The notes beneath the pieces were generated by a model. It was not told the DNA's origin, searched no databases, and was given only the letters and a program-made list of their open reading frames with translations. Positions 47,839-60,991 of a stretch of 64,000 bases of DNA are shown piece after piece. The first letter of the stretch is position 1, and the number at the start of each line of letters is the position of its first letter. Location of the stretch: assembly GCA_046563655.1 (NCBI GenBank), contig CM102285.1, positions 1,922,001 through 1,986,000 on the forward strand, written 5' to 3'. Source of the DNA: Yuukianura sp. NJ FZ-2021. Its lineage: Eukaryota. The position numbers and the translations under genes were made by a program.

Positions 47839-48966
47839 TCACATTCTAGTCTTTTTACATTCCTGGTTATTTACAGAACGTTTCAAAATGATTGAATCCG
47901 TAAAAGTTAGTCGGTACCTCGGGCCGGGTATATACAATTGTAAATGGCCGTCCATACAATTGTCCAGAAGGTCTAAAAACGTTTCCAATTTTGAATCTGA
48001 GGGATATGACGTTAGAAGTATTCCTCGAAGATACAGGTATTCTACAGCATCTTCTGTTAGCTTTTGACACATTTTTTTCACACATATGTTGAGCTCTTTC
48101 TGGAGTTCCAGTTGGTTTACGTTGCACTTGAGTTGGAACAACATATAATTCTGCTCTTTTGTATGAACATCCCTCTTGATTCCAAGAATATCATTGACTA
48201 AAGATCCGTACGAATTGGCAACATCAAAAAGTCTGGTCATGTATGGAGACTCCAATGCCGCTTTTCCTGGAAGTATGTCATGTAAAATAGCAAAAGTGAC
48301 GGCAGTTCCATCCATGAATAATACAATATTTCTCCAATATTTGAACATGTCTACGTTCCGAAAGTCTTGAGTCCCAAGAGAACAAACTAGTTCAGTCGCC
48401 CTGCTGTACCTCCTTCGGTAATAAAGGAATGCCGGAAGTCCTTCAGCAAATCCCGGAAACAATCGCATTCGGTCACGAATATGAACCAATGACGCACACA
48501 GTGGGGCAAACAAGTGGCAGACTTGTTCTGGAGGTCCAAGGCCAGAGTCATCTTCGCACCACAGCCGCTGAAAGTGGTCGTTTTGTTCTCTAATCATTGT
48601 TACAGCCGTAGGTGGGGATTGCTCAATAAAGTCGTCAAGTAAGACACACCAAAAGACAAGTTGGATTTCCAGGTCCATAACGTCATTGTCCAAGGGTGAA
48701 CGATGGTCGAGGTAAACCCCAAAAATTACACAAGCTGTGGCGAAGTGTTTGAGGTCTTCGCGTCGATTTGAGAAGTTGAAGTATTCATCAGCCCACTTCA
48801 CAAGGTTGGACACGAGACGTTGGAGTTCTTTTTCATCCAGGTCAGGTCGTTCCGTTCGTGGTCGAATGCGAGGAAACGTGCCGCGGACACGAATGTCACC
48901 GGGGAGTGGGGATGGAAACCCTATGTCGAACTCCACATGGCCTTCTTGATGGACGGCTGAAAACAT
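47839..48966 (-). CDS. Microbial-type class I terpene synthase (alpha-only fold), intronless
   Basis: 375-aa ORF with LLDDFIE (DDxxE), the effector Arg in YWRNIV, NSE/DTE-like NDILGIKRD, and C-terminal PRY, in the order typical of bacterial, fungal and amoebal terpene cyclases. Confidence 0.9.
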   Translation of the reverse strand: MFSAVHQEGHVEFDIGFPSPLPGDIRVRGTFPRIRPRTERPDLDEKELQRLVSNLVKWADEYFNFSNRREDLKHFATACVIFGVYLDHRSPLDNDVMDLEIQLVFWCVLLDDFIEQSPPTAVTMIREQNDHFQRLWCEDDSGLGPPEQVCHLFAPLCASLVHIRDRMRLFPGFAEGLPAFLYYRRRYSRATELVCSLGTQDFRNVDMFKYWRNIVLFMDGTAVTFAILHDILPGKAALESPYMTRLFDVANSYGSLVNDILGIKRDVHTKEQNYMLFQLKCNVNQLELQKELNICVKKMCQKLTEDAVEYLYLRGILLTSYPSDSKLETFLDLLDNCMDGHLQLYIPGPRYRLTFTDSIILKRSVNNQECKKTRM

Positions 48967-49451
48967 TTCGAGTCAAAGTTAAAACTTTGGTTAAAGGTAG
49001 CACATTGTTAAAAGTGAAATACAGCTAAAAGTTTAAACATTGTTAAGAGTTTCGTTTATTAGATGAAAAGTTATTGGTTTCTGCTATCAAATTTTCTGCT
49101 CTTACTTTCTTCAGGGACGCATTCCATTTTTCTTGATGTCAAATGTCAAATAGATGAAGATGGGCGGCACAGTGTGGTGAGACCACAATGCACAAAAATA
49201 ATAACATAAAAATTAAAGCTAACAATTGAAAATCAAAACTTGAACACCTTAGACAAAGGAGCTTTCTTTCCATTTCAGTTTCACTTTGCTAAAATTTACA
49301 ATTTGTGTCAAGGATAAAAGGAAGATGACGAGTTGCATCAAGGAGTGCAAGTCAAAATAAAGTAACTGTAAAAAATACTGTTAACAATATTTGTGTAGAG
49401 GAATTTTCGAAATGCGAAATCAAAAATTTATAAAATTTCAAGCTCTTTCAG

Positions 49452-49680
49452 TTTTAGTCTTCTGGAGACGCATGCCGTCGACATGCTGAAAAAGACTATT
49501 GATACAACTTTGTCCGTCTGTCTGTCTGTCCGTGTGTCCTGTTTTTTTATCACTTTTTCCACTGAAACATAAGCCCCATCGCAGTCGGGGGTGTTTGGGG
49601 ATGTTCGGGTCAGGTTTTTTCATTAGGTCTACATTGCACTCAAAGTCTTAACGTTAACAACGTGAAAGTTGTATGGCTGG
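49452..49680 (+). mobile_element. Truncated HINE-like element copy
   Basis: 5' hairpin, GTCY microsatellite and CACTGAAACAT.AGCCCCATCGCAGTCGGGGG shared with the 43571 copy. The 3' boundary is approximate. Confidence 0.8.
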
Positions 49681-50413
49681 TTCGCGTTGCTGTTAAGTCC
49701 TAAAATTTTTGTGTTAAAAAAACCTAAATTAGCGATACCCATTTTTTGATACCCAAAAATTCACAAGTTAAATTTAGTAAAAAAAATCTATTCAAATTCA
49801 AAAATGTTTGTGCCATACATGTCAAACATGAAAGCTCCGACGGGATCACCCCATAAGAACTTAATATAATACGTTTTTATCTAGTGTGGGATTATGCAAT
49901 GTTTTTGGTGTTACGAGCATAAGTTATGTTTTAAGCTCCAGTTGTTAGTGAACTTAGGAGCTTAGTCGTTACTCACTACTGACAGGTCAAGTAATTTTTG
50001 TCGTCAGTCACTTGGATTAGTTCTGAAGCAAGTTGGGTGGCGTAGAAAAAGACAATGACATTGAAGAGTGCCCGTGGAAGTGATTGGGTGTGGTGGATTA
50101 AGATTTAAAATCGGACTGAATATAGTGAGAAGCAGTTACAAAATCTTACCACCTCAAACTTCGTCTTTTGAAGTGCTGTCGCTGTGATTCAAACTTATCA
50201 TTAGTAATCTTCTGACATAATTTCACGTTCATTTGGAAATGAGACCAAACCTCATGTAATTTTAAATTACTTGGATTAGGTTAACTTGGTTTTAGACACC
50301 TTCGTGAACAATCGAGATGAATTAGAAATTTTTACTAACAAAAACAAGTTGTCTAAAAAATTTATTCCAAAGTTTTGAAATTTAACACTAAAATTCGAAA
50401 ACTGACGCTCACG

Positions 50414-53400
50414 ATGAAAGTCGAATCGGGCTATTCCACGAGCGGTAAGTTTTAAGAACTAAACAAAAATTAAATTTTTTGCCAATAAATGTTTGCTTGC
50501 TGCAGAATCAGAGTCGCGCAGAAGCGGAAGTACAGAGGTTACGCCATTACTTGAAACTCAGGTATACTGCCAAAATTTCGAAAATCGGAATTTTAAAAAA
50601 GTTAGAAATGCAGTTTTCCGTAAAATTTTTTCTGTATTGAAATTTTTTCCAGAACAAAATTCCTTATCCGAAGTCCGTGTTCTTCATTGTAGTGACAGAA
50701 TTTTGCGAACGATTTTCTTACACTGGAATGCGAAGTACGTTTTTCATTTAAATTTGAAAGTTTTCGAGCGTATTAAAACTGTGAATGTGCAGAAATACGA
50801 CACTGTTTTGTTTTTGTGCAGCCATTTTGACCATGTACATTCGAAATGTTTTGTACCGTGGAGCTCCGAACGCCGGAGACATTGCCACTGTAATTTATCA
50901 CGCATTTGTTTCACTCTGCTATTTTACTCCACTTCTCGGAGGAATCATTGCAGACTCTTTTCAAGGAAAATACAAGTAAAATTAAAAAAAAAAAACAACA
51001 AACGAAGCAGATTTTCTCTCATTTTCAAAAAAAAAAAAATTCCTAATTTTGCTGTCCATAGGACTATACTTTATATTTCAATTATTTATGCCATTGGGAA
51101 CTGCACACTGTCTCTCGCCACCGTGACTCCACTTCATCTGCCAAAAATGTAATTTGAAAAATCTGCCTTGTTTCAAACTTTGGCGAGCCTTAAAGTTATG
51201 CTTTTTTTCCATTCGACAGCCCGTTCAGTCTGCTGGGATTGGCCCTCATTGGTTTCGGAACAGGAGGAATCAAGCCTTGTGTCAACGCTTTTGCTGGTGA
51301 CCAATTCAAATTGCCCGAACAAACGAAGCAGCTTCACCAATTTTTCTTCTTCTTCTACTTTGCAATCAATCTGGGCAGTTTGAGCTCAAATTTCGTCACA
51401 CCGATCATGCGCAGAGACGTTTCTTGTTTTGGTTATGACACTTGCTACTCGCTTGCCTTTGGAACGCCAGCTCTACTCTGGATTGTGGCTCTCTGTATGT
51501 TCAAATTTTAATTTTACAATTTCTATGAAAAAATTTCCCGTAATTTTGAAATCTTTTTTAGGCATCTTTTTCTTGGGAAGTCGCCACTACAAGGTCAAGC
51601 AGCCTGAAGGCAACGTTGCTCTGGAAGTTGTGGGCTGTGTATGGGTTAGTGGGATTTAACACTATTTATTTCATTCTAATAATTATTTTATTTATATTAT
51701 ATTATATTTAATTATGACAATTTATGCTTTAGCATGCTTTGACAGTTAAGGACCTCACTGGAGTTGGAAAAGATGGAGGTCACTGGCTGGACAAAGCACG
51801 AGGGAAGTACAGCGCAGGATTTGTGGAAGATGTGAAAGCACTTTTTAGAATTCTTGTTCTAATTTCTCCACTTCCAATTTACTGGGCGTTGTATGAGCAG
51901 CAGGTAACTGTTAAAAATGTTTGCAAAACTGATGGGATTGACCAAATCCATTTTCAAAATGGAATTCAATTCCAAAATTCAAAATTTTGAAACAAGGGAT
52001 CAACCTGGACACTTCAAGCTACTCGAATGAAGGGCTACATTTCACCATATCTGAAGCTAAAACCAGATCAGATGCAGGTAACGCTTATACTAGCGTTTTT
52101 GAATTTTGATTTCATTTTTGTTTTTTTTTAAATATGGTTTTTGCACAGGCGACAAACAGTTTTTTGATTTTGTTCTTCATTCCTCTCTTTGAGCGGATAA
52201 TTTACCCTTTATTGGCAAAGTGCCATCTTTTGACGACACATCTTCAGCGCATGTGCGTCGGATGTGTCATGGTTTCTCTTGCGTTTGTTATTTCTGGAAT
52301 AGTGGAGCTTCACATAGAGGTAACACAAGAATTGTTTGAAAATTTTCTTTGAAAATCAAAGTTACTGAATAAAAATGTTTTCTGTAGCCCGAGTATGCCG
52401 TGATTCCATCCAGTTCTGAAACGAACTTGAATTTTATAAATTCTCTCCCATGCACTGTAGACTTTTACATGAAACATTCGGATGAAAATGGACACGTTCG
52501 TTTTTCATCAATTTTGGAACCTTATGAAAATATCAAGTTTGAAAAAATTCCTGCCGGCAAATACAACATTTCAACCGAAGTTTGGGAAATGGACGACTGT
52601 AGGATCGAAGTCAAACCAAATTCAATAACAGTCGAAACTGAAAGCGGGAAGGCACGTTCCGAAAACAGATTGAAATTTTGAAGTAGTTATATGAATTTTT
52701 AAAGTAAGATTTGTTTGTTTTGCGAAAATTTAGGCTTATAGTGCGTTTGTATCAACCGACAAAAACAACACAATTCAAATGGCGTTATCGAAGGACGATT
52801 TGGAAAAGTCACGTGAAGGTGACGCTAAGCTAAAGTAAGAGGTCTTACAAATTTCAAAAAAATCCAAAATTTGTTCCTTGTTATTGATTTTTTTTTTGAA
52901 TTGTTTATTTTTCATGTATATCATGTACGCAATGTTTTTATGTGCAAGGATAATTTATGGTCGGATGAAGAGTACAAATGCTACGCTGCATTTGACTGCA
53001 ACGAATGGCTTCAGAAAAAACGTAGCTTTGTCCGGTAACGGAGGTTACACTCATAGTACGGAAATTCTACCAAATATGTAAGAAAACTCAATTTTTCGAA
53101 AAAAAAATCTACTTTGTATATTTTTGAAGAAATTGATTTTTTGAAATTTCAGGTACAAGATCTGTTTGAATGATGGGCCACATCGGAAGCTTCTGTGCCA
53201 AAGCGTTTTGTTTGACGAAGGCGGAAATTACATTATCGCTGTTTTTCCTGACCACCTTGGAAAAGGGAGGATAGTAAACTTAGATGCAAGCGTCGTGAGT
53301 TCTCTCAGGAGTTTGGCGGAAAATTTTGAATTTGAAAATTATGAACATTGAATTTGTTTAGGCGCTGAAGGTATTTGTCATGACGAGTCCAAATTCAGTT

Positions 53401-53973
53401 CACATGCTCTACCTTCTACCACAGTATATCGTCCTGACATTGGCGGAATTATTTTCTCTATTACTGGATGCACATTTGCTTATACTCAAGTATGTGCGAA
53501 ATTTTTCAAAAAAAAATCAACTTTTTTCAAACGTTTTTGTTTCTGTGTTCTAAGGCCCCAGCAAGCATGAAAGCTGTGGTCCAGAGCTTATGGCTTCTAA
53601 CAATTGGACTTGGTAGTTTTCTCGTAATCGTCATTACGAGCTTGGACTACTTCGAACGACCAGTAAAAAATCTTTTAAAACACAAAAACTTCAAATCGGG
53701 TTGTTTGGGATTTGTAGTAAATCGATATTTTTTAAAATTATTATTTTCCAGGCAATGCAATTTTTCTCATACAGTGTCATTATGCTATTTGGAACTGTCA
53801 TATTCAGCGTTCTTGCATATCAATACAAACCTACCGGGACTGACACTACCACGTCCGCTGAAGGTTCAACACCAAATACTGCTAGACGCAAATCCAAAGA
53901 TTTTGTTATGGATTCAGAAGAAAATGGAACAATGGCGCTAGATTTAACTCAATCAGTAAAACGTGTAAAATAA
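50414..53973 (+). CDS. Proton-coupled oligopeptide transporter (SLC15/PEPT1-type), copy B (tandem duplicate)
   Basis: Same exon structure and near-identical motifs as copy A, with homologous upstream (about 49880-50400 vs 41760-42280) and 3' sequence. One intron needs a GC donor at 52652. Confidence 0.92.
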
Positions 53974-54277
53974 ATCAAGACTGTTAGTGTTTTATTAAAT
54001 ACAAATCTACGAGAATCTAGTATTCCTAAAATATTCCTGTGATAACCCAAATAAAAGATACCAAAGAGTTTCCTGACACTAAAAAGTTACTAAGATTGTT
54101 GTCGTTAGAAGGTTGAAGTGAATTTTAATCACATCTTTCTTTATTGCTACAAGCTATTAGCCAGAAAGCATGCTTAGATTTTGATATATAATACATTTTA
54201 CGTTTACAGTTTTTTAACATGCACTACGAAGCAAAGTATTCGCGAAATGAAAGTTAAAGTTTTAACACTATGTAAAA

Positions 54278-56962
54278 CTAATTGAATACACCAACGTTCC
54301 ATTTTACATCTATAGCACACAAAGTTCTAAAAATTGCATTTACATTTTTCACTAACACTTTTACCCACTCACATAAAAAGCCAGCAAGTGACAGCACAAT
54401 GCCTATTGTCACGAGAACAAAAACTGTACGAATCTTCGATAAGTTTAAAATCTGTGACTCTATTTTGCTATGTTGTGTAGTATTTGTGAGAAAATCCTGT
54501 TCTTCCTTTAAAAATTTGAGGTTGTAGGTCCAATTCATTGACTTTTCCCAATGTAAAATGAATCCTGACGTCGCTAAAACCTCTACTCTTTGTTTCAGGT
54601 ACTCCATAACGTATATGTCATTGAAGGTAAAAATATAGTCAAAGTTGTCTCCACGAATGACGCCTTCGCCATCCTTGTTGTTACTTTGATAGATATGCAA
54701 TTGTTCAGTCCTGTTGTTTTTGTATAGCTCGGCCTTCAGTTCTTGCATAATTGCTTCTTTTACAACAAGAAGATCACCTTTACACTTTAAAAAATGGCGG
54801 GAAGGAGGCCAATCTGGAAAATTTTCCGGAGAAACCAAACTGCTAATTAAACTTTTCCACAAATCTGTGTGATTAAACCTGTCGAGACACACTTCTTGTA
54901 ACGTAAAATTTGTTCTTTCTATGACGTTTTCTATATCGTATGCAAAGAACCCTGGTGAACCTATCATTACAGTTAAATCTGCTGAAATTGTTTTACACAA
55001 AGGCGTTTCTTGTAGAAATTTTGACATGAAAAGTATCAGTGCAGCCTGTGATTCGTTTGTTTTCTTTGGCCACTTAAGATTGTCTAGCCAAAATTCTCTG
55101 TAGTAATGAAAGTCATTAGGAATTATTGACAAATTTGATTTTACCGCTTCCTGAAATGTTTTGATTTCCGGTGGAGCAAGTGGTGCCAACATATTTGTAA
55201 TCAGTAGACTCTTGTATGCGTTGGGGAGAATTATAAAAATGTAGCGTATAGTTATGAATAACACAGTAAAAACTAAAGATTTTGTTAGTTTATGTGAGAA
55301 TTCCATCCCTTGTTCCATTGTCACCGTTACAATCATCATAAGTAGCGAGTCTTCAAATTTGTATGCTTTCAGTAGAATTCTACCACCTATGGTGAACAGA
55401 CATACAAAAATGACCAGACCTAACCAAAGTCTGGAATGAAATGGTTTCAAATAAGCCGTAAAACTTAATTCATCTTTTAAATTTACACAACCGAAAAACC
55501 CAAAAGCATTCCTAGTTGATCCATGCAAAGCTACAACAGTCCAAATGTATCCACCTCCAAATAATCCCAATTTTCGTGTGTGGAGCTCTTTCAAGTCAAG
55601 GATTAACAGATTGACTCCTAGAAAATTATCTTCGTGATATCTTACATTTCCACAGTACTGCCAACCTTTGTATTTTCTGTCTGCTAGGAACGGGATTGTG
55701 TAGTTGAGCATAATCTTGTCGCGCATGCGTCCGTAGATGTCAAAGTTCTGAATTTGGTTGTTTACGTAGTCTGCAGGCATTTGGAATGTTTTGCAGTTGT
55801 AGTCCGGTGTAAACTCCATAGTAATGTTTTGAAAATACAAGAATATACTTTTTAAAACATGGTTTCTAATACACTGCTCTGTGACTTTTCCACTATTTTG
55901 GAGATCTTGCGCTAACGTGTAGCTTGACATTCCGTAGTAAGTTTTGTTTATCGTAGAAGACAATCCTTTTGCCCCATGGTCTAAATTTATATATTATACA
56001 TTCATGTTATATATACATTAACTATGACAATAGACTGAATGTTCAAAACTACTGTATTAGAGGAACCCCTGAATTAGCAACAAAAAACCCTACCCGTTCT
56101 CCACCTTCTTGTGTGGAACCTCAATGAGGCCTACTTGGACGCCCGTGGAAAGGATTGGAGAAAAGGTTGAGGTTTTTTGTTGCTAATTGAGGGGTTCCTC
56201 TGCAGTAGGCACTATCACTACACATCATTGTGCAGTACACTGTAGTATGTAGTATACTGTATACATTGTACAACATGCAATATATATTACAAATAGTGCA
56301 TGTTATATATGGTAACCAAAAATATCCAATAAGAAAAAGTATTGTAAAGATGTCACAAAGATGTTCTTACCTTCTTGGCATGTTAAGTTGAAAAGCTGAA
56401 CTGCGCAAAACGGATGTTGACCAATTGTATTTTCTTGTAAGAAGAACGTATGTAAACAAGCATTGACTTCAATGGAATTTGGCCCAACAAAGTATGTGAC
56501 CCCCACTACTCTGCTTAGTAAATTAAGCCAAATAAATGGCACAGTATTTAAATTCAGATGTTCTGCGTTTTGTGGCACTACGTTGACTATATAAGCAAAC
56601 CCCATTGGGTGATTTAAATATTTAAGTCCAGACTCCGTTTGAGGGTTTGGAGAGATGTCTACATACGGATTATTCTCTCCATAATACGATCTGTATTCCT
56701 CTATGTTATAAAACACGGCTTCCGAATAATGTTTACCAATGACTTGTTGAGTGTGATTCAGCGATAAAACGTAAATTAGCGCAAAGCAAGGGTCTGTTCT
56801 TGCAAGCTTTGCCGTGATATAAAACATTCTCCATATAGAAGTGTTAGCAGCTTTCGTTGTTATTGGAAACTCAAAAGGCTCCAGAGGGACAGTAGTATTT
56901 GGGTAGATGACTAATAGGTTGTAGCAGAACTCAAAGGTCGCAAGTACACTAAGAATCCCCAT
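54278..56962 (-). CDS. Divergent IR-like protein (2 exons)
   Basis: Exon 1 56962-56371 (..CQE G|gtaag) and exon 2 55980-54278 (tag|AC CAT) join in phase 1. Motifs HGSTRNAFGFFGC, YLKPF..W, NAYKSLLITNMLAP and M4. Confidence 0.82.
56059..56201. mobile_element. MITE in IR-like gene intron
   Basis: 31-bp inverted repeats AGAGGAACCCCT(G/C)AATTAGCAACAAAAAACC with one mismatch. Confidence 0.85.
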
Positions 56963-57355
56963 ACTAGCAAATGAGACAGGAAAATTGTAAATGAAATCCT
57001 AACTTGAAAAAGAAAACGGTCTTCAAGCAACAAAGTGATAAAGAATAAAGAAATTAGCATGCTACCTGGTGTCCGTCAAAAGGTTGCATGTTTATGCAAC
57101 AGGTAGGTCTGCATCCAATGTCTTCATAAATATTTAGAATTTTAATGCCCAAAAAAGTTAAATTTAGCCTGCAGGAAAAATTTTCTATCTTAATTTTTAA
57201 ATATATTGTGTTAGATATGTCAAAGGTGATAGAGCACCCTACCATAGTGTTTAGTGCAATACTTTGTACATTAAGAAAAAGTCTTCGTAAAGCTGAAAAT
57301 TTGGATAAAATCTTGACAAGAAAATTCAATCACTTCTATTTTACATAATTTTGAC

Positions 57356-59771
57356 TTAAAGTTTAACCACAATGTCTCTAGCATGAATGAAACTCAAAAG
57401 TGCATTCACGCTTTTTACTATGACGGACAACTGCAAATATAAGAAGTAGAACACTGAAAATGCAATTCCTATTGCTCCAATAACAAAAACTGATCGCAGT
57501 TTTTCCAGACTTAGGACAAGGTCATTAATTTTGTCGTTTTTTGTTGCTGAAAGAAATTTTTGTTCCTCTATCATAAATTTTAGGTTGTTTGTCCAATTCA
57601 AAGACTTTTCCCAGTGTCGTAGAAACCCTGAACTGCCTAATACATCCACCCTTTGCTTCAAGTACTCCAGAACATACATGTCATTGAACGTAAAAATATA
57701 GTCATAGTTGTCACCACGAATGATGCCCTCATTTTCTTTGTTATTGCTTTGGTAAATGTGTAGCCCTTCAGTTTTGTTGCTTTTGTACAACTTTACTTTT
57801 TCTTCTTGCATACTCGCTTCTTTTACAACCAGTAAGTGATTACTACATTTCAAAAAATGGCGGGAAGGAGTGGAATTTGGAAAATTTTCCGGCGGAACCA
57901 ACTTAGTGATAACACTTTTCCGCCAACCAGTGTGATTAAACCTATTGATACATATATCTTATAACGAAAAGTTTCGCTTATTTATTCTCGTGCTTATTTC
58001 GTCAATTGTCAAGTCTCCTGGTAGTGTAACTTCAAGAATCATATCTGAAAATGTTTTGCACAGCGGTGTTTGCTGTAAAAAATTGGACATGAACAGTAAC
58101 ATGTCATTGTCTGATTGTGGTAGTCTTTTGTGCGTTTCGTTCCAGTTATTACACATCTGCTTCCACAGGAAGTAAAATTCATTCGGAATCAGATACGAAT
58201 TTGAATTCGCCGCTTCCTGAAACGTTTTAATTTCATGCGGAGTCAGCGGAGCCAGCATGTTTGTAATTAACAAACTTTTGTAGCCGTTGGACAAAATTAT
58301 AAAAGCGTATCGTAGAATTATACAGACAGCAGAAAACGTCAACAATTTAGTCAACTTTGCTGAAAAGTTAACACCTTGTTCCATTGCTATGGTTACAAAG
58401 ATAATAAAAAGAGAGTCTGTAAATTTGTACACGAGAAACAAAATCTTGCCAATTATGGTTGCTAATACACCCAGTACGACCAGTCCACACCAAAGGTTGA
58501 AGTAAAACGGTTTTAAATACGCGCCAAAATTCATATCATCCCGAAATTTTATGCAACCAAAGAACCCAAAGGCGTTTCCAGTTGATCCATACATCACTAT
58601 GGTATGCCACATTAAGCCACCACGGAACACTGGTCTTCGAATGTGTAAATCTTTAACATCGGAAACAAACATATGTAGTCCAAGAAGATCATATTCATCA
58701 AATGTACTGAATGTGCAATACTCCCAATTTTTGTACTTTTCATGGGTTAAGAATGGACCCAAGTAATCGAATAGGATGATATGATGCATGCGTTGGTAGA
58801 TGTCGTACTGTTCAGGATGTTTTGCCACATGTTTAGCCCTGTCAGGGCTAACCATTACGCAGTTCCTGTCAACTAGAAAGTGCTTTGTTAAGTTTCTAAA
58901 CTGAGAAAATGTTCCGCTCAAAACCAAATTTCTAATAGATTGCTCCGTCATCAGTCTTCTGGAGTTTGGTTTAGTTGTTCCCAAAGCAGCCTCTTTTGCG
59001 CAAATATCTAAAAAACATATTCCACGTATTACTAATATTCAGAATTGTTTTCACAGTTTATGCTTATCATACGCTTATTATGGAATTTCGACGTTGTACG
59101 TATGTTTGTATGTCTGACTGTCAACTTATGTGCTCATCTGCGACAATTATTCATAATTAAATAATGTTGGTATTACCTTCTTTGCATGTTGGATTATGAT
59201 ACGCCAGGACGCAAAGTAATGGTTGAGAATGAGTGAGAGAATCTCCATGTCGTAAGAAAACCTTCAGTAAGCAGACGCTTAACTCATAAGTATTTGGCAA
59301 GAGTGTGTAGGTGATTGCGACGACTCTGCTTTTTAAATGAAGCCAAGTGAATGGTTCTGCGGGCGAACCTTTAACTTTAACTTTCGAATTCAGTACAGAA
59401 ACTATATAAGCAAAACCAATTGGTTGGTTCAAGTATTTCAGCGGTGACGTAGTCTGCACATTTGCACTATTACGATCAGGTGGCGTCTGTCCATAATATT
59501 CCTTGTACTCCTCCACATTGAAAAATACTGAACTTTGATACTCTGTCCCAACAACTTCAGTAAAATTTGGCGGAAGTACGTATATTAAGGCGAAACATGG
59601 GTCTGTTTGTGCCAATTTTGCCGTCACGTACATCATTCTGTATACTGTTCTATTGACAGATTGTGTTGCCAGTGGATGAAAGAAGGGTTCCATTTGAACA
59701 GTTGTCGTTGGGTAGACAACAAGCAACTTATAACAAAACTCAAATGCTGCTAGAATGTGAGCCAAACCCAT
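57356..59771 (-). pseudogene. Divergent IR-like gene with a single in-frame premature TAA
   Basis: Exons 59771-59177 and 59007-57356. TAA at 57961-57959 sits where the neighbouring paralog has CAA (NFSL-Q-DICIDRF), and the frame is intact downstream to the normal stop. Confidence 0.82.
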
Positions 59772-60991
59772 TGTGAGGATTGATATTGTTAAGATTCCGA
59801 CTAGCTAGTGTCAACAGCACTTTGCTCAAATGTTTCAGCTTTTTAGAAATTAGAATTAAAAACATCTCTTAGCATTTTGAATAAATGCTCCATTTTTATG
59901 CATTCAAAAGTAGAAAGTAAAGACATGCTATATTACGTGTCCACTACAGATAAGCCACAAATTCCTCTTTTTCTACATTTTTTGACCACTTCCAGACAAT
60001 CCCAAATGGTCTCAAATGATCAATTATTTTCAGAGGTAAACTTTGAAAGGATAAGAAATACAATTTTTTTTAAATTCCCAATAGAACGTTGGAATTTTGT
60101 TTTCCCAAGAGGTCCGGGTTCTTGGGAGCTATTACAACATGATGTTACGTAAGGTGAAATCGTGCTTTGGTGGGTTTCATTCTAACTGTAGACCTTGTTT
60201 TCTTCAGAGAGTTGTTGTTTTCATTGTAAATTTCAGGGAGACCACCCCACCTCCACTCCCCTACCCAACGGTCGACCTTTAGAAAAAAAATGGAGTGGTA
60301 ATAAGGTCAACCAAACCCATTATGTGACAATAGCATTGAAATTACGAGTAATTTTAGCACGATTGTAAAGCTTTTTATGACAGACGGTTAAAACTGATTG
60401 CCCATGTGTAACTACTATAACTAACGATAAGATGTTTATATTTACAATTTTACAATGCGGAAATTAAGCTTGCGCAACAATTCAAGTAACTAACATTAGT
60501 CAAAACTACATTAAAATAAGGTATGATCAAAAAACTTGCTGCAGAAGAGTTTCGGTAACGTACTTAGCGTACTTAGCAAAGCGACAGAAATTTCAGCGAC
60601 AGTTTCAAAAAAATGCTACGCTATACTCATCCTCCATAACACCTTCGGACTCACCAGCATCTCCATGTTTTGTATCAAATGGGCTTCAACTTGAGTACTT
60701 TTTTAAACTTTTAAACAAATTATTTTCCCGGCAAATCTCGGTGGGTCGTGAAGTGTTGGCAGCAGCCAAATTTTTAATGAAATTCCAAGCGTCTGAAAAA
60801 AAAGCTTTCCTGCAATAAAATGGTAAACAACAAAGAAATTTTCTGGCACGGTTTCTGACGTCGGGCATAAGTATTGGCGTGCTTCCGCAAGAAATGATGT
60901 TGCCTGCAATGTCTTCATCAGCATTCAGAATTTATAAATTCATAACGGGGAAAATTCAAATAGATTCGTTTTCCTTTTATATAATTTTGAC

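Noticed and set aside
47839-48966. Bacterial contamination as the explanation for the terpene synthase
   Set aside because: No gap nearby, no operon-like neighbours, and it is flanked by host repeat-family copies and AT-rich host-like DNA.
50493-51152. 219-aa ORF
   Set aside because: Chance read-through across transporter exons and introns in mixed frames.
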